A stretch of 64,000 nt of DNA from Actinomycetes bacterium. GTDB taxonomy: Bacteria > Actinomycetota > Actinomycetes > S36-B12 > GCA-2699445. Numbering within the stretch: position 1 is the first letter of the stretch; each line of letters starts with the position of its first letter. The notes under the pieces are model-generated. The model was not told where the DNA came from. It saw only the letters and a program-made list of their open reading frames with translations, and ran no database searches. Where the stretch lies: positions 5,610-69,609 of the forward strand of contig JAHZLH010000027.1 in assembly GCA_022599915.1 (NCBI GenBank), in the 5' to 3' direction. The translations under genes and the position numbers were made by a program. Below, piece by piece: positions 57,556 through 64,000 of this stretch.

Positions 57556-59181
57556 CTAGTCGGCCTGATAAGTCACCGTCATCGGATCGTCTAGCGCGAT
57601 CGTCACATCTTGGGTGATCGGTGGCGAGGCCGAGGAATACAACCAACCGGGGAATGGCTGGTTGCCGGGGCCGCCGGGGTTGTAGAGCGGGCCGTAGCCG
57701 TCGGTGCCGGGGATTTCCACGGTTGTGATGGACTCCGCAGCGGTCCGATCACCAGACAAGATGATGTCGATTTGGTTGTCCTTATCCTCCACATAGCAGT
57801 CGTCATACGAGTCTTGCTTCAGCCCCAGATCAGCTAGACCCTCGACTCGCAGCGTGCCGCCGGCCACTTGGTAGTCCACGCCGACTTGGGTGAGTGATAT
57901 CGCACCCCCACCGGGCGCGGTGGCGTTGACTCGGAAGAAGCTTTCGTATTCGTCTGGATGTAGTCCCCGAACTCCATCGGCTGTCATGCCGCCGGTGGTG
58001 AAGACCCGGAGTCGATACTCCGCGCGATCGCCGTAGAGGGCGGCACCATCATTGGGCAGAATTCCATTGCCGAAGATCTGTGGACCACCCTCCCCTGCCG
58101 TGTCCATCACGTTCAACTTTGCGCCCACGAGTCGCGGCCCTTTGCGGTCCGCCACGATGCTGTCGTCTGCGACGTAGGGCGAACCGGGGGCGTCGACAGA
58201 CATCCCGACCGCAGGCACGATCTTGTTTCCGGGACCAACCAGCTTCATTGGCGTCTTGTCACCCACGACGGAAATCTTGACTGGGTACAACGCGCCGGGC
58301 TGATCCTGCGGGATCCGATTGCCGTAGTAGCCGAAGATCACCACTACCGCCCGCTCGTTGTACTCGAAGTTCGGCATGATCGATGCCGCTTCGGGAGTAA
58401 CGATGCTGCCATCGTTCAACTCCACCGCGAAGTCAGTCGGACCAACGGTGCTGGGCAACACCGGCCAGGTGAACTCGATCGGTAGTCCGTCGGCGTAGTA
58501 CACCTCTTTGCCGAAAGAGTTGTAGATCTGCTCCGGAGTATTTGCCGAGGTGTAGGCAACGAGTGGGATGTCGGTGGTCGAGCACTGCGGGTCATTCCAC
58601 GCACCGCCGATCCGCTGCAGCAATGCCTTACTCAACGCTGGATTGCTGGCATCTAGCCCGGGCACGCCAATGATGTTGGTGAAGCCAAGCCCAGCCGCCA
58701 ACATCTTTGGCTGTTTACTCCACAGATCTGCGTTGATGATGACGTCTTGCATCAACTCCTGGTAACTCTTGGACGTCTGATCGCCGCCCTTGGTAGCGAA
58801 GGTGATCGGCTTCTTCGGCCCGGATCCCTTCTTGTTCACCGCCCGCACCTGCACGGTGTACTCGGTACCGGAGTTGAGTTTCTTGAAAGTGCGCGAATGC
58901 TTGTTGCCGCTGCCAGCTTTTTGCTTTTTCCACTTCTTCCACTCGCCGTTTTTCTTGATGCGGCTGCGGAAGGCCGTGACCGGGTGCTTGCCACCAGCGG
59001 GAGTGCGCCACTTAATGGTGGCTTTCTTCTTTTGGATTTTCGCGGTCTTTAGCTTGCTGATCTTGCCGGGGGCTCCGGGTGGCGCAGCAACCGCAATCGG
59101 TGCGGCCAAGCCGCCGACAACAAGGGTGGTGGCAAGGATGCCAGCGAGCCCAAAGGTAGTGGTGCGCAGCGCTGATCTCAT
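57556..59181 (-). CDS. Secreted protein: basic Fn3 domain plus an uncharacterised acidic domain
   Basis: Signal peptide, Fn3 signature LNSGTEYTVQVRAVN, then about 400 aa of globular sequence (DGLPIEFTWPVLP, PNFEYNERAVV). Confidence 0.8.
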   Translation of the reverse strand: MRSALRTTTFGLAGILATTLVVGGLAAPIAVAAPPGAPGKISKLKTAKIQKKKATIKWRTPAGGKHPVTAFRSRIKKNGEWKKWKKQKAGSGNKHSRTFKKLNSGTEYTVQVRAVNKKGSGPKKPITFATKGGDQTSKSYQELMQDVIINADLWSKQPKMLAAGLGFTNIIGVPGLDASNPALSKALLQRIGGAWNDPQCSTTDIPLVAYTSANTPEQIYNSFGKEVYYADGLPIEFTWPVLPSTVGPTDFAVELNDGSIVTPEAASIMPNFEYNERAVVVIFGYYGNRIPQDQPGALYPVKISVVGDKTPMKLVGPGNKIVPAVGMSVDAPGSPYVADDSIVADRKGPRLVGAKLNVMDTAGEGGPQIFGNGILPNDGAALYGDRAEYRLRVFTTGGMTADGVRGLHPDEYESFFRVNATAPGGGAISLTQVGVDYQVAGGTLRVEGLADLGLKQDSYDDCYVEDKDNQIDIILSGDRTAAESITTVEIPGTDGYGPLYNPGGPGNQPFPGWLYSSASPPITQDVTIALDDPMTVTYQAD

Positions 59182-59254
59182 GGCCCGACCCTGCCATACA
59201 CCTGCAGTCGAGACAACAGTCTCGGCACTCCGCGACACCTACTGGTTGGCTGTT

Positions 59255-59968
59255 CTACAACGGCCTGGCGTCCCGATTGTCGACAAGCCCCGCCCAGGCC
59301 CCGAACACGTGACTGGCAATCTGCGTCGCCGCGTGTTGTCGTTGTGGGTCGTGGAGTTGTTCGGGTGACTTGCCAGCAGCGATGACATCGCCGGGAAAGG
59401 CCGCCGCCATCGCTGAAACCTGCCCGTCATCAGCCTCTAAATGAAACAACAGCCCGTAGGCACTTTTTCCAAACCGAAACGCCTGCACACCGGTCGTGGC
59501 AGAGGAGGCGAGTCCGACCGCTCCTGGCGGCAAGTCGAATCGGTCACGGTGCCAGTGCAGCGCCGGGATGGCTGCGGGCAGATCAGCAAAGAGTTGGTCT
59601 TGTTCGGCTGCGGCGGCCAGGTGAACGGGATGCCAACCCAACTCCCATTCACCCCCGGTGCGGATGGCACTGCCCAGCGCCGCGGCCAGCAGTTGCGCGC
59701 CCAAACACACCCCGAGGACTGGCACGCCAGCCAGAACGCACTCCGCCACAAGCAGCTGCTCGGCTCGCAGGAAAGGCAGATCGTCGGCATCCGCTAACCC
59801 CATCGGACCACCCAGCACGACAACACCGGAGTAGTCTCCCGGCACCGGGGGCACCGAGTCGCCAGCATCCGGGCGGAGAACCACAATCTGGTGGCCCGCA
59901 GCCGCAAGGGCGGTAGCAATCCGACCCGGTCCCTCTTGATCAACGTGCTGCAGCACAAGCACGGTCAT
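59255..59968 (-). CDS. Type 1 glutamine amidotransferase
   Basis: LQHVDQEGPG, VLGGPM, GVCLGAQL, WHRD, FHLE. Confidence 0.92.
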   Translation of the reverse strand: MTVLVLQHVDQEGPGRIATALAAAGHQIVVLRPDAGDSVPPVPGDYSGVVVLGGPMGLADADDLPFLRAEQLLVAECVLAGVPVLGVCLGAQLLAAALGSAIRTGGEWELGWHPVHLAAAAEQDQLFADLPAAIPALHWHRDRFDLPPGAVGLASSATTGVQAFRFGKSAYGLLFHLEADDGQVSAMAAAFPGDVIAAGKSPEQLHDPQRQHAATQIASHVFGAWAGLVDNRDARPL

Positions 59969-59996
59969 TCCGGTTGCCTTGTCCCACAACCCACGA

Positions 59997-60890
59997 CTAC
60001 TGCGGGTGTAGTCCCAATGCGGTGTAGATGCTCTTCGTCGCCTGTGATCGGTTGAGCGTGTAGAAGTGAAGTCCCGGTGCACCTTCTGCCAGCAAGTTTT
60101 GGCACATGGCCGTGGCCAATGAGACCCCCAACTGGGCCACGGCTGGTGCATCCTCGCTGATTCGTTCGAATTGTGCAGCCAACTGCTCGGGAAAGGCAGC
60201 ACCAGACAACTGTGCGAACCGCTTGATCTGACCCAGGTTCGTCACCGGCATGATGCCGGGAATGATCGGGATCGTCACGCCAGCGGCAACGGCGCGATCG
60301 CGTAGGCGCAAGTAGTCGGCTGCGTCGAAGAAGAACTGGGTGACGGCGAACTCGGCCCCTGCCTCCTGTTTGGCGCGAAGCACCGAAACGTCGAAATCTA
60401 GATCGGGTGCCTCGGGATGACCTTCCGGGAAAGCCGCGACCCCGATGGTGAACGACCCCAACTCCCGCAGCAGCCGCACTAATTCCACCGCGTAGTCCAG
60501 TCCGCCTGGATGTGATTGCCAGGGCGTTCCGGGCCCGCCGGGCGGATCGCCGCGCAGGGCCAGCACGTTGTGGATGCCAGCGGCTGCGTACTCGGCAATG
60601 ACCCCGTGCAACTCGTCTTGGTCAGCACCGACGCAGGTGAGGTGGGCGACCGGTCGCAGTGTGGTTTCCTGCCCGATGCGCTGGGTGACCCGTACGGTGC
60701 GGTCGCGGGTGGTGCCGCCGGCCCCGTAGGTTACCGAGACAAAGGTCGGGTGGAACGATTCCAACTCACGAATCGCCTGCCACAGTCGGTATTCACCCTC
60801 ATCGGTCTTGGGTGGAAAGAACTCGAACGAGAACGACGGGGTGCCCTCGCTGAGTGCGTTGCCCAGAGTGGAGTTGATCGCCGCGGCCAT
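59997..60890 (-). CDS. metF: 5,10-methylenetetrahydrofolate reductase
   Basis: SFEFFPPK, SVTYGAGG, AHLTC, LALRGD, VTQFFF, LHFYTLN. Confidence 0.97.
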   Translation of the reverse strand: MAAAINSTLGNALSEGTPSFSFEFFPPKTDEGEYRLWQAIRELESFHPTFVSVTYGAGGTTRDRTVRVTQRIGQETTLRPVAHLTCVGADQDELHGVIAEYAAAGIHNVLALRGDPPGGPGTPWQSHPGGLDYAVELVRLLRELGSFTIGVAAFPEGHPEAPDLDFDVSVLRAKQEAGAEFAVTQFFFDAADYLRLRDRAVAAGVTIPIIPGIMPVTNLGQIKRFAQLSGAAFPEQLAAQFERISEDAPAVAQLGVSLATAMCQNLLAEGAPGLHFYTLNRSQATKSIYTALGLHPQ

Positions 60891-60987
60891 TGTGGCAGGC
60901 TACCGCAGCAACGGGAACGGCAACTCAGACAACTGCGTTGGAGTCAGGTACCGCCGTGCTGCAGCCCAGTGGCAGCCCGAGCGCCAG

Positions 60988-61593
60988 TTAGGAATCGTTG
61001 ACGTCGATGACTTTGCCGCAAGCCGCCGAGGCATCAGACAGCAACTGATCAATTTCTTTGAAGATCGCGCTGGTGGGTTTACTCTCGAAAATTTTCATCA
61101 GCCCGTTGGCCATCAGCGTTGCGCACTTCTTGGCGAGAGCCGCCTCAGCCTGAGACGCCTTCAGCTGGGCCTCGAGGTTATTCTCCTTCTTCTTTGCCTC
61201 CACCTGCGCGTCGTCATATTCCTGCTCCAGCTTTTTGATCTCAGTGGCATCACTCTTCAGATCGCTGGTGTCGACTTTGAGTTGGCTCTTGTACTCGTCA
61301 GCCTTACTCCGCAACGACTCAATGAGCTTCTCCTCGGCAGCGTCCTTGACACTGGCGGCATTTTCCGCGGCTGTCAGTTGCTGCTCCAAGTCTGCGATCT
61401 GCTGCTGGGCGGATGCCTGCTCTTCGCTCAACTGACTACTTGTATTGAAGCCCCAGATCGCGAATCCGATGGTTGCGATCGCGAGGACAATGGTGGCGAC
61501 TTGCCAGGGAAGGGACCTGCTGCTGCCTGATCCGCCAGTACTTGCTGACTCATCGGCTGTCGGCTGTGACTCGCTCACTTCAGATTCCTCCAC
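60988..61593 (-). CDS. Hypothetical single-pass membrane coiled-coil protein
   Basis: One TM helix, a long Glu/Lys/Gln/Ala heptad region, two C-terminal Cys. Confidence 0.75.
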   Translation of the reverse strand: MEESEVSESQPTADESASTGGSGSSRSLPWQVATIVLAIATIGFAIWGFNTSSQLSEEQASAQQQIADLEQQLTAAENAASVKDAAEEKLIESLRSKADEYKSQLKVDTSDLKSDATEIKKLEQEYDDAQVEAKKKENNLEAQLKASQAEAALAKKCATLMANGLMKIFESKPTSAIFKEIDQLLSDASAACGKVIDVNDS

Positions 61594-61814
61594 GGGTAGA
61601 CATTGAGGCCGAACCTAGTGCAGCAACGCACTCAAAGTCACCAATTCGCCGTTTGGCAGGCATTCGCCAAACCGGTCGGGCGCCGAATCCGCATGGCGCT
61701 GCTGCCGCTGCTGACCGCTCGTAACCGCCGAGCTACCCCGCCGCTCCTGACCGACAGTTGCCACTAGCCGGGGAGTGGAGTTGTGCCTGGTTCGCCGACC
61801 CGTACCCTCAAAGA

Positions 61815-62885
61815 GTGGAAATCACTGAGCCTTGGCAGGTTGATGACGTCCGGGAACGCGTTGGCAAACGCCTCACCGAGTTTCTTGCCGTGCAGCGGCC
61901 ACCGCTGGCCAGCATCAGCCCGGACGCGGCCGGGCTCGCTGACACGGTGTCGGATTTTGTCGCCGGCGGGAAACGACTGCGCGCGGTCTTCCTGTACTGG
62001 GGCTGGCGGGCGGCCGGAGGTGCGGACTGCGAGCCGATCATTACCGCTGCCGCCGCCATGGAGATGCTGCAGGCTTGCGCGCTGATCCACGACGATGTCA
62101 TGGACCGCAGCGACGTCCGCCGTGGTGCTCCGGCAGTGCATCGGCAGTACCAAACCCAACACGAACAAGACCAGTGGTCTGGCTCGGCAGCCGACTTCGG
62201 CACCGGCGCGGCGATCCTGGTTGGCGATCTATGTCTGACCTGGGCTGACATGCTGCTGATGCAGGCGGATCTGCCACCGGACGCTCTCGGCCGCGGCAAA
62301 GCCGTATATGACGAACTTCGCACCGAGCTGATGGCTGGCCAGTACCTCGACATCTTGGAACAGGCGCGACGAACGCCCACCACCGAGTCAGCGATGCGGG
62401 TCATCACCTACAAGTCCGCGAAATACACCATTGAGCGGCCACTGCAGTTGGGCGCCGCGCTGGCCGATGGCCAACCGGAGGTCATGCAATTGCTGCGCAA
62501 TTACGGCCTAGCACTGGGGCAAGCCTTCCAACTGCGGGACGACTTACTGGGAGTCTTCGGTGATCCGAGCACTACTGGCAAACCTGCCGGCGATGATCTG
62601 CTGCAGGGAAAACGCACCGTCTTGGTGGCCCATGCCCTAGAGCAAGCATCTTCCCAACAACAGCATGGGTTCCTCACCCACTTCGGTGATGCCGCCGCAG
62701 ATGCCACCGCGGTGGCCGCCATGACCGACTTCATTGTCGCGACCGGCGCCCGGGACCAAGTCGAGCAGCAGATTTCCGTTCTCACCGAACAGGCTCGTAT
62801 GGCCGCCGCGAACCCGCTGCTCGACAGCACCAGTACCGCGGTATTGGACGGCCTCATCACCGCCGCTACGCAAAGGAAGTACTGA
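61815..62885 (+). CDS. crtE: Polyprenyl (geranylgeranyl) diphosphate synthase
   Basis: GGKRLR, LIHDDVMD...RRG, GQYLD, FQLRDDLL; directly upstream of crtI. Confidence 0.88.
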   Translation: MEITEPWQVDDVRERVGKRLTEFLAVQRPPLASISPDAAGLADTVSDFVAGGKRLRAVFLYWGWRAAGGADCEPIITAAAAMEMLQACALIHDDVMDRSDVRRGAPAVHRQYQTQHEQDQWSGSAADFGTGAAILVGDLCLTWADMLLMQADLPPDALGRGKAVYDELRTELMAGQYLDILEQARRTPTTESAMRVITYKSAKYTIERPLQLGAALADGQPEVMQLLRNYGLALGQAFQLRDDLLGVFGDPSTTGKPAGDDLLQGKRTVLVAHALEQASSQQQHGFLTHFGDAAADATAVAAMTDFIVATGARDQVEQQISVLTEQARMAAANPLLDSTSTAVLDGLITAATQRKY

Positions 62886-62886
62886 C

Positions 62887-64000
62887 ATGAAGACCGTTTC
62901 CGGACCCACCGATCGTGTTGTCGTTGTGGGAGCAGGTTTGGCTGGCTTGTCCTGCGCGCTGCAACTAGCTGGACAGGGTCGAGAAGTAACGTTGCTGGAG
63001 CGCGACAGCATCCCGGGCGGTCGAGCGGGACGCATCGTGGACTCCGGCTACACCTTTGACAACGGCCCCACGGTCCTCACCATGCCGTCACTAGTTGACG
63101 AGGCACTGGGAGCCGTGGGTGAGTCACTCACCGACTGGTTAGACCTGATGCCACTCGAGCCTGCCTACCGCACCTACTACCCGGACGGCAGTCAGCTAGA
63201 TGTCTATTCCGACATTGACCGGATGGCAGCGGAAATCACCGCGGAGTGTGGACCAGCCGAGGCTGACAACTACCGCCGCTATGTCGCCTACCTGCGACGA
63301 CTATATGAAGTGGAGTTTTCCGACTTTATCGATCGCAACATCGACCATCCCTGGAACTTACTGACCCCCAACCTTCTTCGACTAGTAGGCATGGGCGGCT
63401 TCCTACGGCTGGACCGGAAAGTCCGGCAGTACCTGACTGATCCCCGCACGATTCGGGCGCTTTCGTTCCAAGCCATGTACGCCGGCGTCTCACCGCTGAA
63501 GGCCATGGCGCTGTACGGAGTGATCTCCTACATGGACAGCGTCGCCGGGGTTAGTGTGCCGCGCGGCGGTATGCACGAAATACCAGTGGCGATGGCCGGG
63601 GCAGCCACCAAGCACGGTGTCGATATCCGCTACGAGACCGAAGTGGCAGGGATTGAGCACAGTAATGGTCGCGCTAGCGCTGTCATTACGGCTGACGGTG
63701 AGCGAATTGCCGCCGATGTGGTCGTTGTCAATGCCGATCTGCCGGTGGCCTATCGCGACCTGCTGGGAGTGGATAAGTGGTCACTGCGCCGCTTGAAGTA
63801 CAGCCCGTCTGCTGTGGTCATGCTCGCCGGTTCGACAGCGGAATACCCTGCGATTGCGCATCACAACATTCACTTTGGCCGGTCGTGGCGAGGAACCTTC
63901 GAGGAGATCATTGACCGCGGCGAGGTGATGAGCAATCCCAGCTTCATGGTCACCTGCTTGAGCAAGGACGATCCATCATTAGCCCCCGCCGGGCGGCACG
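62887..64000 (+). CDS. crtI: Phytoene desaturase (partial; runs off the window end)
   Basis: Manual translation MKTVSGPTDRVVVVGAGLAGLSCA...GGRAG...GYTFDNGPTVLTMP. Confidence 0.92.
   Translation, partial: MKTVSGPTDRVVVVGAGLAGLSCALQLAGQGREVTLLERDSIPGGRAGRIVDSGYTFDNGPTVLTMPSLVDEALGAVGESLTDWLDLMPLEPAYRTYYPDGSQLDVYSDIDRMAAEITAECGPAEADNYRRYVAYLRRLYEVEFSDFIDRNIDHPWNLLTPNLLRLVGMGGFLRLDRKVRQYLTDPRTIRALSFQAMYAGVSPLKAMALYGVISYMDSVAGVSVPRGGMHEIPVAMAGAATKHGVDIRYETEVAGIEHSNGRASAVITADGERIAADVVVVNADLPVAYRDLLGVDKWSLRRLKYSPSAVVMLAGSTAEYPAIAHHNIHFGRSWRGTFEEIIDRGEVMSNPSFMVTCLSKDDPSLAPAGRH

Overview
High-GC actinobacterial chromosomal window. The taxon is inferred from gene content, gene order and leaderless TANNNT-N6-start genes. 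Bases 1-15.4 kb are an accessory-looking stretch: a partial MASE1-CHASE sensor, sulfide:quinone oxidoreductase, SulP transporter, a broken membrane-protein gene, a lipoprotein, a lower-GC ketopantoate reductase, a CcdA/thioredoxin pair divergent from an OmpR-type two-component system, patatin, an MBL hydrolase and a BCCT transporter. That stretch ends at an initiator tRNA-Met. From 16 to 52 kb lies the conserved actinobacterial block syntenic with M. tuberculosis Rv3193c-Rv3213c (UPF0182, PDZ/Lon, zincin, Rv3196-like, ABC1 kinase, uvrD2, nudC, adnAB, moeZ, TetR, DUF3107, ferritin-like, DEAD-box helicase, ParA). It carries local insertions (a secreted RTX-like protein, a 10-methyl fatty acid synthesis pair, an amino acid permease, glpF, a CDGSH protein) and lacks whiB7 and mycoredoxin at their usual positions. 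The right end has an anti-sigma-like ATPase, otsAB, a GH5 glycoside hydrolase, a truncated alkD-like gene, an Fn3 secreted protein, a GATase, metF, a polyprenyl synthase and the start of crtI. I saw no integrase, transposase, CRISPR array or defence island, and nothing here proves a new system. The best leads are an orphan ParA coupled to a zinc-ribbon protein, switch-like structured leaders before sqr and the GH5 gene, an unannotated 52-aa ORF with a hairpin-sequestered RBS, and a Lys-rich Fn3 module shared by two neighbouring secreted proteins. All family assignments come from motif recognition by eye, not database searches.
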